DNA from: an uncultured Acidimicrobiaceae bacterium
GTDB taxonomy: Bacteria > Actinomycetota > Acidimicrobiia > Acidimicrobiales > Palsa-688
DNA length: 64,000 nt
Assembly: GCA_963834775.1 (NCBI GenBank)
Contig: CAWICR010000009.1
Coordinates: 116,255-180,254 of the forward strand
Direction of reading: 5' to 3'
Part shown: in pieces, positions 21,328 through 31,153 of the stretch
Position numbering within the stretch: position 1 is the first letter of the stretch
How the letters are laid out: every line of letters starts with the position of its first letter
Notes under the pieces: generated by a model
Database searches by the model: none
Seen by the model: only the letters and a program-made list of their open reading frames with translations
What the model was told of the DNA's origin: nothing
Translations under genes and position numbers: made by a program

Positions 21328-21414
21328 ATGGGCCTGACCTGGACGCTCGTTACCCTGGTCGTCGCTCTGGGAATCACCTGGCGCTACCTGGGGTCGTACA
21401 TGGCGGCGGGGTGA
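21328..21414 (+). pseudogene. kdpA: kdpA remnant (first 28 codons only)
   Basis: [28 protein letters not shown] matches the KdpA N-terminus (..PLG.YMA..); it stops at TGA 21412-21414 at the deletion junction. Confidence 0.6.
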
Positions 21415-22058
21415 TGATCACTGGCGACAACCCCCTTACCGCCGCGGCTATTGCGCAGGAAGCGGGAGTCGACGACTACTTGGCTGAGGCCACGCCGGAA
21501 GCGAAGATGGACCTCATCCGGACCGAGCAGGAGGGCGGCAAGCTCATCGCCATGACCGGCGACGGCACCAACGACGCCCCCGCCCTGGCCCAGGCCGATG
21601 TGGGCGTGGCCATGAACACCGGCACTACCGCCGCCAAGGAGGCCGGCAACATGGTCGACCTGGACTCCGACCCGACGAAGCTCATCGACGTTGTCGAGAT
21701 CGGCAAACAGCTGCTGATCACCCGGGGATCGCTCACCACGTTCTCGATCACCAACGACGTCGCCAAGTACTTCGCCATCATCCCGGCCCTCTTTGCGGCC
21801 ACCTACCCGCAACTGCAGACCCTCAACATCTTGAAGCTGCACACCCCCCAGAGCGCCGTGCTCTCGGCCGTGATCTTCAATGCCCTGGTCATCGTGGCCC
21901 TGATCCCGTTGGCCCTGCGAGGCGTCCGGTTCCGGCCGGCCACCTCGGCGAGCATCCTCCGGCGCAACGTCTACATCTACGGCGTGGGCGGCATCATCGT
22001 CCCGTTCATTTTCATCAAGCTCATCGACCTGCTCATCGTCGCAATCGGCGCCTACTGA
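21411..22058 (+). pseudogene. kdpB: kdpB C-terminal fragment (last ~214 codons)
   Basis: Begins [32 protein letters not shown], then [22 protein letters not shown] and the last TM helices. The phosphorylation (DKTGT) and N-terminal domains are absent. Confidence 0.8.
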
Positions 22059-22071
22059 TGGAGGCTTGTTG

Positions 22072-22689
22072 ATGCTCACGTACCTCCGCCGGTCCGTCAT
22101 TTTCGCCCTGTTCTGCCTGGGATTCTTCGGGTTCGTTTACGCCCTGGCGGGCACCGGGGTGGCGCAGCTCTTCTTTGGCCACCAGGCGAACGGATCGATC
22201 ACGGCCAACGGGTCCTCCCTCATCGGGCAAAATTGGACCAGCCCTATGTGGTTCCACGGGCGGCCCGACGACTTCGGCCCCTACGCTGCGGTCGTCTGCA
22301 CCGCCAACCAAAAGAACTGCACGCCGAGCGCCGGAGGTGACAACCCGCTGGACAACAACGGCGTCAGCGGTCAGTCGGGGGGGACCAACCTGGGGCCGCG
22401 GTCCAAAACTCTGCTCAGCAACACCCAGCAGCTGGTGGCCTTCTGGCGTTCGATGGGCGTCAAGCCCACCCCCGACCTGGTTACCACCTCGGGCAGTGGT
22501 TACGATCCGGACATCACCCAGCCCGACGCCGTGGCGCAGATTCCCATGGTCTCCAAGGCCAGAGGTATCGCGCCGTCCGTCCTGCGATCGCTCATCAACA
22601 ACCAGACCCACGACGCCGAGCTGGGCTTCCTCGGCAGCAGCTACATCAACGTCCTTCAGCTCAACGAGGCCCTCGCCAACCTGCATTGA
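22072..22689 (+). CDS. kdpC: potassium-transporting ATPase subunit C
   Basis: GGAGG 22060-22064 then ATG 22072; N-terminal TM, GSSLIGQ and SGSGYDPDIT KdpC motifs. Confidence 0.85.
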   Translation: MLTYLRRSVIFALFCLGFFGFVYALAGTGVAQLFFGHQANGSITANGSSLIGQNWTSPMWFHGRPDDFGPYAAVVCTANQKNCTPSAGGDNPLDNNGVSGQSGGTNLGPRSKTLLSNTQQLVAFWRSMGVKPTPDLVTTSGSGYDPDITQPDAVAQIPMVSKARGIAPSVLRSLINNQTHDAELGFLGSSYINVLQLNEALANLH

Positions 22690-22727
22690 GGTCCGATGGC
22701 CCGCCCGCCTAGTCCATCCTCATCAGC

Positions 22728-23498
22728 TCAGGGTTTTGACTGGGCTGGAATGGTCCGGCCGACGACCCAGCTGAGCGCGGAGAGGCCATCGGCCACGGTC
22801 CAGGAGTCGCCGCCCGGGTTGGTGAGGTTCTGCCGGCCGCTGCTGTCAAGAAGCCGGGTGAGGTTGGGCGCGAGCTGGCCGTGGAGGTCAGGCATGCCGG
22901 CGGTCAGGAACCGTTCGTGTCCGGTGCCATCGATGATGAGGAACCCGTCGGAGTGGTCCACGTCGTAGGTATACGGCTGGCCGGTTTCCCAATCAAGGCC
23001 TGGAGGGTTGTCTTCGGGAACCTTCTGGTAGTAGATGCCGAAGTAGTGCCATAGGGCGGCGAGGGACGCGGGACTGCCCGTGAGTAGATCGAGACCGACC
23101 CCGGTGAGCTTGATGTAGGCGGCGAGTCGCGACGGGCTGTCACGGCCGGGATCAACACTGATCTCGGTGAACACGACGGAAGAGCCGAGCCCGGCCTGTT
23201 CGGTGTCGCGCTGCATATCCTCGAGGGCACCGGTGGTGATCGGGCATTCCTCTTGGCAGGATGTGAGGAAATCCGCGATCACCAGGACTTTGCCGCGATA
23301 GGCAGCCAGTGAGGTGTGGTGTCCTTCGCGGTCGAGCAGAGGCAGGTCTTCGATGGCGGCCGGAACCGTCCGGTCCATGCTGGCCCCGACCGAAGATGAA
23401 GGCGGACCTAGCCGGGCGCTGCCGCAGGCGGCCAGGCCGGCGATGGCCGCGGTGGCCACGACCAGTCGGGACAGCTTGGACCGCATGCCGCGGATCAC
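22728..23498 (-). CDS. SCO1/SenC family thioredoxin-fold copper chaperone lipoprotein
   Basis: Lipobox AGLAAC, CQEECP (CxxxC) and downstream DHSDG His; GTG start overlaps the ATPase stop (GTGA). Confidence 0.8.
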   Translation of the reverse strand: MIRGMRSKLSRLVVATAAIAGLAACGSARLGPPSSSVGASMDRTVPAAIEDLPLLDREGHHTSLAAYRGKVLVIADFLTSCQEECPITTGALEDMQRDTEQAGLGSSVVFTEISVDPGRDSPSRLAAYIKLTGVGLDLLTGSPASLAALWHYFGIYYQKVPEDNPPGLDWETGQPYTYDVDHSDGFLIIDGTGHERFLTAGMPDLHGQLAPNLTRLLDSSGRQNLTNPGGDSWTVADGLSALSWVVGRTIPAQSKP

Positions 23499-24571
23499 GA
23501 GATGCCCACTTCGGATTCACCTGAGTCGGCTGGCCAAGCGACGACATCCCCGGCCGCGGAGACGGCAACCGTGTCGCCGACGTCTACCAGGGCTCGACCG
23601 GGGCAACGCACGCGCAATTGTTGGTGTTCGGTGGTAGCGACCAGGACCACACAGTCGTGCCCGTAGTACTCCCGGTGCACGACCTGTCCGGTCGTTTGGC
23701 CGGGTTGGAACTGACTGCCGGTCAAGGGGCGCAAGGCAATCTGCTCCGGCCGGACAAGCACCATCGTGGGCCCAGTCAGTGTTCGATTTCCGTTGGCCAG
23801 GTTCAGGTCACCGAACACCGTACGCACGACGCCTTTGGACGCGACCCCGGTGACGACGTTGGCGTCGCCAAGGAACTGGGCGATACCCATGTCAGCAGGA
23901 TGGTCGTAAAGGGCCTGGGGACTGGCGAACTGACCGATCCGGCCGCTCCTGATAATCCCGACCAGATCGGCGACCGAGAGGGCTTCGGATTGGTCGTGGG
24001 TGACAAAGATGGTTGTCGCATCCTGGTCGCGCAGGATGCGCATGACGTCGTATCGCAGCGACGATCGCAGGCTGGCGTCAAGGGACGAGAAGGGTTCGTC
24101 GAGCAGCACGAGCCGCGGGTGGGGGGCGAGGGCCCGGGCCAGCGCGACCCGCTGTTGCTGGCCGCCCGAGAGCTGGTGCGGGTAGCGCCTGCCCAGACCT
24201 CCCAGCCCGACCAGGTCGAGGAGCTGTTCGACCCGCCCGGTGGCTCGCTCGGCCCGGGAGAGCCCGAAGGCGATGTTCTTAGCGACAGTCAGGTGAGGGA
24301 ACAGGTTGCCTTCTTGGGCCACGAAACCGATACGCCGCTTGTGGGGGGGCACGAACCGGCGGGGCGAGTCGACGACCTCGCCGTCGAGGATGATCGTCCC
24401 CGCGTCGGGCCGGTCGAAGCCGGCGATCAGGCGCAACAACGTGGTCTTGCCGCTCCCCGACTCGCCCAAGAGCGTCACGACCATTCCGTCGGGGACCTCG
24501 AGGTCGAGGCCATCGAGGACGCAGGAGTGACCGAAGCCCTTGGTGATGGCCTGGCAGTCCACCTTGCTCAC
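23495..24571 (-). CDS. ABC transporter ATP-binding protein (Fe3+/polyamine importer type)
   Basis: Walker A GESGSGKTT, signature LSGGQQQRVALARAL, Walker B LVLLDEP, C-terminal TOBE-like region; GTG 24571 overlaps the permease stop. Confidence 0.85.
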   Translation of the reverse strand: MSKVDCQAITKGFGHSCVLDGLDLEVPDGMVVTLLGESGSGKTTLLRLIAGFDRPDAGTIILDGEVVDSPRRFVPPHKRRIGFVAQEGNLFPHLTVAKNIAFGLSRAERATGRVEQLLDLVGLGGLGRRYPHQLSGGQQQRVALARALAPHPRLVLLDEPFSSLDASLRSSLRYDVMRILRDQDATTIFVTHDQSEALSVADLVGIIRSGRIGQFASPQALYDHPADMGIAQFLGDANVVTGVASKGVVRTVFGDLNLANGNRTLTGPTMVLVRPEQIALRPLTGSQFQPGQTTGQVVHREYYGHDCVVLVATTEHQQLRVRCPGRALVDVGDTVAVSAAGDVVAWPADSGESEVGIS

Positions 24572-26221
24572 GTCAGCGCTTCCAAGGTGGATCGCTGGCC
24601 GGGCTCGCTTACGAACCGCCTGTCGAACCACCTTCCGAGGAGGTACGCAGGAATGACCGACATGGCGATCATGGCGGCAGCGTATGGGGCCGCGGCGCCA
24701 AAGGAGACGCCCTCCTCGGCGTAGGCCCAGAACTGGGTGGACAAGGTCTGCACACCGGTGGGAACTAGCAGCAATGTGGCGGTCAATTCCGTGGCTGCCG
24801 AGAGGAAGACGAAGCAGAAGGCCGCAGCCAGCCCGGGCGCCAGCAGCGGCAACGTGACGGTGAGGCGCACCGCCAGGGGTCCTTTCCCGAGTGATTGGCC
24901 CATCTCTTCGAGTCGTGGCGCCGCTCTGGCGACCGAAGACGACATCGCCACCAGGGCGAGCGGAAAGAACATCAGGACGTAGGCGCCGACCAGCATCTCC
25001 GGGCTCTGGTAGAGGAAGCTGATGTAGCGACTCGCTACGTATACCAGGGCGAGCGCGATCACGACCCCCGGGATGGCCTGAACGATGAAGGTGGAGCGTT
25101 CCAGCGTGGTGGTCCAGCGCCGCTGGTAGCGGATGGCGAGCACCGACACCGGCAGAGCCAGCACGGTCACCACCAGCGCCCCGAAGAGGCTGTACAGGGC
25201 GGTGTAGCCGGTTGCGGCGCTCAGCGACACCGCCGCGGGGAGACCCGACGAGCCTCCCGTCACCATCCAGTAGGCCACGATGGCGACGGGAAACCCGAGC
25301 GCGAACGCCACCAAAGATGCGACGCCCAGGGTGGCTACGGGCCGGGTTCGGCCCAAATGAATGGGAGCTTGGGCCCGCTGGGCCATGGCGCCCGTACGTT
25401 GCACGCGGCCGCGCTCGGCGAAAAGCGCTTCACCGCCCAGGACGAACAGGGACAGGGCCACGAGCACGAGCGAGAGTGACGAGGCCGCCGCGGGGGCGAA
25501 CTGGGTTCGCAGCTCCCCGAAGATGGCGGTGGTGAAGGTCTGGTAACGAAGGTCTTCGAACGCGCCGTAATAGGCGAGCAAGGACAGGCATACGAGCAAA
25601 CACCCGCCGAGAAGGGTGGCCCGGGCCTGCCGGACGCTGATGCGCATCCACACGGCCCAGCCGCGACAGCCCCAGGCCCCGGGCGGCCTCCTCTTGGCCC
25701 GGATCGGCGGTCCGGAACGCGGCAGCCACAGGCAGGTAGACGAGCGGGTAGAGGTGCAGGGTCATCACCAGGACCGCCCCGCCGTAGCCGTGCACGGCGG
25801 GGAAGATCGACGACCACGTCCAGGCCAGCACAAAGTCGGGGATGACGATGGGAACGATCAACAGGACCGCCCAGATCCGCCGCCCGGGCAGGTCGGTGCG
25901 CTCGGTGAGCCAGGCCGCGCCCGTACCGATGATCGCCGAGAGCCCGGTGACCGCCAGCGCCAAGCGGACCGTGTTCCACAACAGGGTGGCCACGAAGGGA
26001 CGGTCGAGCACGACCCACACCTGGCTCCAACCGGCCTGAGCAGACTGGGCGATGATCAACCCCAGTGGGGAGAGAAGAACGACGACGACGAGGGTGCTGA
26101 CCGAGGCGAGGAGCCAGGGGAAGTGGCGGCGCCGACCGCTCAGGTGCTCTCGGAGGCTCACCAAACCCCGGCGACGCGAGTCGCCTGCGCGCCCGCGCGC
26201 TGGGGTCACGTACGCCTCCAT
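24568..26221 (-). pseudogene. two-domain ABC importer permease (FbpB-like), one frame break as sequenced
   Basis: N-half in ORF 25430..26773 from ATG 26221 (…EEAARGLGLSR); C-half in ORF 24568..25653 (WAVWMRISVRQARATLLGG…). The join needs a 1-nt correction near 25660. Confidence 0.8.
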
Positions 26222-26223
26222 GG

Positions 26224-27333
26224 TCAGGTCAATCCGGCCTGCTGGAGCAGGTTGGCGGCTGGCAGGTCGTTGCCGAGACTGACCACGTTGATGACCGCCG
26301 GGTTGACTTTTGAGAGGGGCGGCAAGGCGGGGTTGGGCGCGATCCCGGGGCGAGCCGGGTACTCGTAGTCGTCGCCGCTGGCCAGGATGCGCTGGGCCGT
26401 GGGGGAGACCAGGAAGGTCACGAACTCGTCCGCGTTGGCCTGGTGGTGTGAGGAGGCGAGTACCGCTGCGCCCGAGATGTTCTCGATTCCGCCGACGTCG
26501 TGGTTGGCGAAGTAATACAACTTGGCGTGAGTCTGGGACGGGCCCTGTTCGAGGCGAAGCCGATACCAGTAGTACTGATTGATGATTCCCACGGCCGCCT
26601 GGCCGCGGTCCACTGCGGCGACCACGCCCTCGTCGTCTGGGTACAGGGCGGAGTTGCGCTTCAGACCCGCCAGCCACCTCTCGGTGGACGCCGTGCCGTA
26701 CGTGGCAATCACCGCGCCCACCAGAGGCACGAAGTCCGAGTCGGTGGGGGCGATCGCCACTTTGCCCTTCCACTGAGGCTCGGCCAGATCCATGACGCTG
26801 GCGGGAAGTTGCGACGCCGACACGTGTGACGGGTCGTACGCCAGGGCGGAGACTCGCAGGGCGACTCCAACCCAGTTGCCGGTTGGCGAGTCATAGCTGC
26901 GAGGGATCTCGTCGGTGATCGAGCCGGGCAGCTGCGCCAACAAGTGGTGCTGGGTCAGCATCATCAGCTCGGGCGAGTTCTCGGTCAGATACACGTCCGC
27001 GGGCGAGTGGGACCCTTCCTGCAGGATCTGATCGGCCAGCACGATGCCGTCGTCCGTGCGCACCTTGACGTGGATCCCGGTCTGCTTCTCGAAGGCGCTG
27101 ACGATCGCCTGGGTGAGTTGGGGGTGTTGGCCGTTGTAAAGAGTGATGGCGTTGGCCGTATCGCTGCCGCCGCACGCAGTCAGCAAAAACGCCGCCATGG
27201 TCGGCACCGCAATGGCGGCCGCCCAGCTCAGCCGTCTCCGCCCGCCCGGCCCGCCACGATGATCCGCGCCACCCAAGGTTGTGGATCGCCGGCGACACCA
27301 GACGAGCAGGTCAGCTCGCATCGGTGTCGGCAC
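26224..27333 (-). CDS. Fe(III)-type ABC transporter substrate-binding lipoprotein
   Basis: Lipobox LLTACGG, then ITLYNGQHPQLTQAIVSAFEKQTGIHVKV and SPADVYLTENS typical of FbpA/AfuA-like SBPs. Start uncertain (27333, 27321 or later). Confidence 0.8.
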   Translation of the reverse strand: MPTPMRADLLVWCRRRSTTLGGADHRGGPGGRRRLSWAAAIAVPTMAAFLLTACGGSDTANAITLYNGQHPQLTQAIVSAFEKQTGIHVKVRTDDGIVLADQILQEGSHSPADVYLTENSPELMMLTQHHLLAQLPGSITDEIPRSYDSPTGNWVGVALRVSALAYDPSHVSASQLPASVMDLAEPQWKGKVAIAPTDSDFVPLVGAVIATYGTASTERWLAGLKRNSALYPDDEGVVAAVDRGQAAVGIINQYYWYRLRLEQGPSQTHAKLYYFANHDVGGIENISGAAVLASSHHQANADEFVTFLVSPTAQRILASGDDYEYPARPGIAPNPALPPLSKVNPAVINVVSLGNDLPAANLLQQAGLT

Positions 27334-27613
27334 GGGGCGCTGGTGTCTTGGCGAGTAGCAACGCCCTGGTCACTGAATCAGGCCTTCTCTCACGGTCCTC
27401 CCCTGATGGACGACTGCCAGGCTGGCTCACCTCGGGTGCCCTAGATTAGGGCCACCTAACAAAGTCTGCAAGGCACGCTGAAGGACCCCCCCGGCCGATC
27501 CGCAACTCGACTCCTGCTCGACGTTCAACTGCAGAGGCGGAGCTCGACGTCAGGCGACCTGTCGGGGGCCAGAACGGTTCGCTCACGGCGAACCGACTGG
27601 CTACATCTCTGCT

Positions 27614-27655
27614 GGCTCGGCATCTGTGCCGGCTCGGCATCTGTGCCGGCTCGGA
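27614..27655. repeat. 17-bp tandem repeat, 2.5 copies
   Basis: GGCTCGGCATCTGTGCC x2 plus a partial copy; intergenic, between the MFS gene stop and the upstream region of the SBP gene. Confidence 0.85.
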
Positions 27656-27694
27656 CCTAAACTTGCAGCTCGGCCCTTCCCGGTCCATGCCGGG

Positions 27695-29095
27695 TCAGGG
27701 GACGGCGGGCGTGGCCTCGGTTCGTGGCAGTCGGATAGTGGCGCCGAGACCAATCAGGCCGATGAAGGCCACGACGATCATGGCAGCGCCGTACGCCCGT
27801 TTCGGATCGCTCAAACCGGCGACCAGGATGGTGCCGGCGATGGCGGTGCCCAGCGACGATCCCAGGTTGGACACGCTGCGCGACAGCCCGGAGATTTCTC
27901 CTTGCAGGTTCTCCGGAAAGGCGGACTGCACCAGGTTCACCGAGGGGGTGAGCATGATTCCGAGGCCAAACCCGATCAAGAACAACCCGGGCGCGAAGTA
28001 CCACGGCCCGGGATGGCCCTTCACCATTACCAGCAGGACGATGACGCCGGCGATGGTGGTCACGAATCCGGCCAGGATCAGCGTTCGCTGATGGAACTGC
28101 TTGGCCAGCCGGCCGGCCGCCAGCGATGACAACAGGATGCCCACGGTCGCGGCGGTGAAGATAACCCCGGTCTGGACGGCGTTGTAGTGGCGCACCACCT
28201 GGAGGTAGGCAGATACCACAAACGACGTTCCCATCAGCATCAGCCACTGCACGTTCTGGGTGACCAGGGCCAGGTTCGAGGTGCGATTGTGGAACAGCGC
28301 GGTAGACAGGAGCGCCTCTTTCCCGGCCCGTTCCCGGCTGCGGATCCAGACGAAGAACCCGGCCAGAATGAGTGCCCCCACGACCAGCAGCAGGGCCATG
28401 AGCCCCAGGTTGGTGTCCGCGGCCATGATCCCGCCCACCAGGACGATGAGACCGAGAGCGGACAGGACCGCCCCGACGGTGTCGAAGGGCCGGGTCGGGT
28501 CCGCCGGGACCGGGTCCGTGACGCTGCGCCCCAAGATGATGATGATCACAATGATGATGGCCTGGAAGACGAACGCCGCCCGCCACGTAATGGCGGTGGT
28601 GATGGCGCCGCCGATGAGTGGTCCGGTGGCGGCACCTACACCGCCCATGCCGCTGATGATCCCGAAGGCCCAGGCCCGGGACTTCATGTCCGTGAAGAGC
28701 ATGGTGGTCAGGATGTACACCGGCGGGATCAGCAGAGCCGTCCCCACGCCTTCGAGGATGGAGTTGCCCAGAATGAGGACGCCGAGTCCTGGTGCTGCCG
28801 CGCTCAGCACGGCCCCTACTCCATAGATGGACAGGCCCCACAGGAAACAACGTTTGCGGCCCAGCCGGTCGGTGAGTTTGCCGCAGGGGATCATCAGGGC
28901 GGCCATCACCAGCAGGAACAGCGTGATACAAACCTGCACCCCCTGCACCGTGGTGTGCAGGTCGTCTTTGATGTCATTGATCATGACGTTCATGTTCGAG
29001 CCGGCGAAACTGCAGATGAACTGGGCCAGAGCCAGCGGTATCAACATCTTTCGCAGCGACGGCGCCAGAGTCTGCCGAGCGGCCGAGCCGGCCAC
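27695..29095 (-). CDS. MFS transporter, DHA2 (14-TMS drug/H+ antiporter) type
   Basis: 466 aa polytopic protein; GKLTDRLGRKR loop motif, many TM helices. Confidence 0.85.
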   Translation of the reverse strand: MAGSAARQTLAPSLRKMLIPLALAQFICSFAGSNMNVMINDIKDDLHTTVQGVQVCITLFLLVMAALMIPCGKLTDRLGRKRCFLWGLSIYGVGAVLSAAAPGLGVLILGNSILEGVGTALLIPPVYILTTMLFTDMKSRAWAFGIISGMGGVGAATGPLIGGAITTAITWRAAFVFQAIIIVIIIILGRSVTDPVPADPTRPFDTVGAVLSALGLIVLVGGIMAADTNLGLMALLLVVGALILAGFFVWIRSRERAGKEALLSTALFHNRTSNLALVTQNVQWLMLMGTSFVVSAYLQVVRHYNAVQTGVIFTAATVGILLSSLAAGRLAKQFHQRTLILAGFVTTIAGVIVLLVMVKGHPGPWYFAPGLFLIGFGLGIMLTPSVNLVQSAFPENLQGEISGLSRSVSNLGSSLGTAIAGTILVAGLSDPKRAYGAAMIVVAFIGLIGLGATIRLPRTEATPAVP

Positions 29096-29781
29096 TACCG
29101 GCGTCCCGGTGAGAGGGAATCCCCGCCGGGGTTGCGGCCCGACGAAACCAGCGCAACCTGGCCGAACGGATACGCCGGGATCGCTGGGTGACGGCTCACG
29201 AGATTCCCTTTAAGTTCCTCGTCGATGAGGCGCCTGCATGCTCCGGCGCCGGACCGTCCCGTCCGACGGCGTCGCCCGTTGGTACTTGGAACCTTCTGCG
29301 ATCTCATCAGCGTTGCCCTCATTTCGACCGCCGTATCCAACCATATTCGGAGAAGACAGCAACCGGCCGAGCTGGCTCCAATGTCAGGGGAACTGTAGCG
29401 CTGCAGGCCGGGTCCGAGGCGTTTTCGACCAGAGGTCGGCCCAGTCGGCCCGGTCGGCCCAGTCGGCACTGCCCTCCTGGTCGCGGAAGGCTCCCGTGTC
29501 GGGCTCGCACCGGTGGGCACTCCCAGGACCGCCCACGGTCCCGGCACACCCGGCGGACAGGTCGTCTCATAGCGAGCGCAAGCGCGGTTGCCTCCTCCCG
29601 GTTTCGGCCTGGTCGAAAGTGTTGCTGCTTTTGCGACTTGAGGGCTTCTTGTGGGTTCGCCCGGCCGGTGACTTCGCGCTTGTGGCCGGGCTGCCCACCG
29701 ACTTCGAGGTCGCGACATAAGTGGCGCCTAACTTGCGCATCTGCTACCTTCTTGACCTGTCCGATATCCTGGAGTGCGAAC

Positions 29782-29829
29782 GCAGCTATAGCCGCAGCTA
29801 TAGCCGCAGTTATAGCCTCAGTTGCTAAC
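29782..29829. repeat. 12-bp tandem repeat, 4 copies, about 50 bp upstream of the 29881 gene
   Basis: GCAGCTATAGCC, GCAGCTATAGCC, GCAGTTATAGCC, TCAGTTGCTAAC head to tail. Confidence 0.85.
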
Positions 29830-29880
29830 TGGCGTGTCGGGGCACAGCAAGAGAACACCAAGTCACAATGGAGGACCGCC

Positions 29881-30279
29881 ATGCTGGCGTATGACTACCC
29901 GCTACTAGGCATTTTCTGGACCATGCTCTGGTTTTTTCTGTTCTTCATCTGGATCTGGATCCTGATTACCGTCTTCGCGGATATCTTCCGCAGCCACGAC
30001 ATCGGAGGGTTCGCCAAGGCGTTATGGGTAATTTTCGTAATCATTGTTCCCTTCCTCGGCGTGCTGATCTATTTGATCGCCCGGGGCAAGGGAATGCACG
30101 AACGTGAAGTGCAGCGAGCCGACCGTCAAGAGCAGGAGTTCCGAGGATACGTGCAAGATGTTGCCGGAACGTCGGGGACGGCAGACCAGTTGGCTAAACT
30201 GGCTGATCTGAAAGATCGAGGAGTTCTGTCCGACGCTGAGTTCGAGGCCGAAAAGGGCAAGATCCTCTCCGCTTCATGA
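29881..30279 (+). CDS. small membrane protein with PLD-nuclease N-terminal (PLDc_N) and SHOCT domains
   Basis: GGAGGA then ATG 29881; TM region WILITVFADIFRS…WVIFVIIVPFLGVLIYLI and C-terminal LAKLADLKDRGVLSDAEFEAEKGKIL (SHOCT). AT-richer than surroundings. Confidence 0.75.
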   Translation: MLAYDYPLLGIFWTMLWFFLFFIWIWILITVFADIFRSHDIGGFAKALWVIFVIIVPFLGVLIYLIARGKGMHEREVQRADRQEQEFRGYVQDVAGTSGTADQLAKLADLKDRGVLSDAEFEAEKGKILSAS

Positions 30280-30442
30280 GCTGTTTCCCTCATACCACGG
30301 TCGGGTTTCAAGGGCCCTGCCGGTGACCTGCTGCAGCACATACTGACTCGTCCGGCACTCTCGGCTGGAGGAAAGCGGGACTTGGCGGAGAGGCCGGTTT
30401 GTAGGCTATAGGCCTGCGTCGTGGCTTGGCGAGCCGACGTAC

Positions 30443-30474
30443 GTGATTCGGTGAGCTTTTGCTCGCCGAATCAC
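30443..30474. terminator. strong hairpin between convergent genes (candidate terminator)
   Basis: GTGATTCGGTGAGC-TTTT-GCTCGCCGAATCAC, a 14-bp stem with one G-U; no clear U tract. Confidence 0.3.
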
Positions 30475-30719
30475 GATCAACCGTTCCGACCGTCGCAGAG
30501 TTTCAGGCCGGGGTGCCGGGAGACGAGGTGGCCCAGTCGGTTCCCGACCAGGTCCTGGGGGCGGCCAGGGCGTCGTCAAGAGTCGGAAAGAAGTGGGCGG
30601 GATCCGTGGTGTGATCGAGACCGCATCGTTCGATCTTGGCGGGTCGAGCCAGCTCTCAGGCACGACATCAAAGCCGACTCGGCCCCATAAATCCCGCGGA
30701 CGCGGGCACGATGGGATGT

Positions 30720-31070
30720 CTAGGCGCTGATGGCGTTTCGGACGGCGGCGAGGCGGTCGTGGTCGAGGGAGTACCAGACCCATTTGCCGCGTCGGTCCCC
30801 GTGTACGAGGCCGGCATCGCCCAGGATTTTGAGGTGGTGGGAGATGGTGCCCTGGGTTTTGCCGATGGGTTCGATGAAGCTGCACACACAGATCTCGCCC
30901 TCGACAGCGGCGGCCAGCATGGAGAGGATCTGTAGGCGCACCGGGTCGCCCAGGGCGGCGAAGGCCTGGGCGAGTTGTTGGGCGTCGGCGAGATCGAGTG
31001 GGGCCGTCAGGACCGAGGGGCAGCATGGCGTCGTTTCGATCACCTCGGCTACCGGGCTCTGTGTCACCAT
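30720..31070 (-). CDS. ArsR/SmtB family metalloregulator
   Basis: DPVRLQILSML, Cys pair in EICVCSF, HTH GTISHHLKILGDAGLV. Confidence 0.85.
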   Translation of the reverse strand: MVTQSPVAEVIETTPCCPSVLTAPLDLADAQQLAQAFAALGDPVRLQILSMLAAAVEGEICVCSFIEPIGKTQGTISHHLKILGDAGLVHGDRRGKWVWYSLDHDRLAAVRNAISA

Positions 31071-31111
31071 CCTGCCAGCCTCCTATTGACAACTGTGATT
31101 GGATCGACCAT

Positions 31112-31137
31112 CATCAACGTATCGACGGGTGTTGATG
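31112..31137. promoter_or_regulatory. inverted repeat in the ArsR/ArsI divergent intergenic region (candidate operator)
   Basis: CATCAAC-N12-GTTGATG, 17 nt upstream of the arsI-like start; TTGACA at 31086-31091. Confidence 0.35.
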
Positions 31138-31153
31138 TTAGCAGGAGGTTGTG

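Noticed and set aside
27334-27480. TPP-riboswitch-like fragments (GGGGAGG, GUGAGA, CCUGAU, CCAGGGCG) in the leader of the ABC importer (minus strand).
   Set aside because: There is no P3 hairpin, no ACCC closing segment and no CUGG-AUAAUG-CCAG helix. The SBP also looks like the ferric type (LYNGQH…SPADVYL) rather than ThiB. Only a covariance-model search could revive this.
30502-30654. Minus-strand 50-aa frame ELARPAKIERCGLDHTTDPAHFFPTLDDALAA, resembling the C-terminal STAS tail of a SulP transporter.
   Set aside because: Only the last ~50 residues are visible, with no start and stops upstream in the same frame. The similarity is from memory of a loose motif, too weak to list as a pseudogene.
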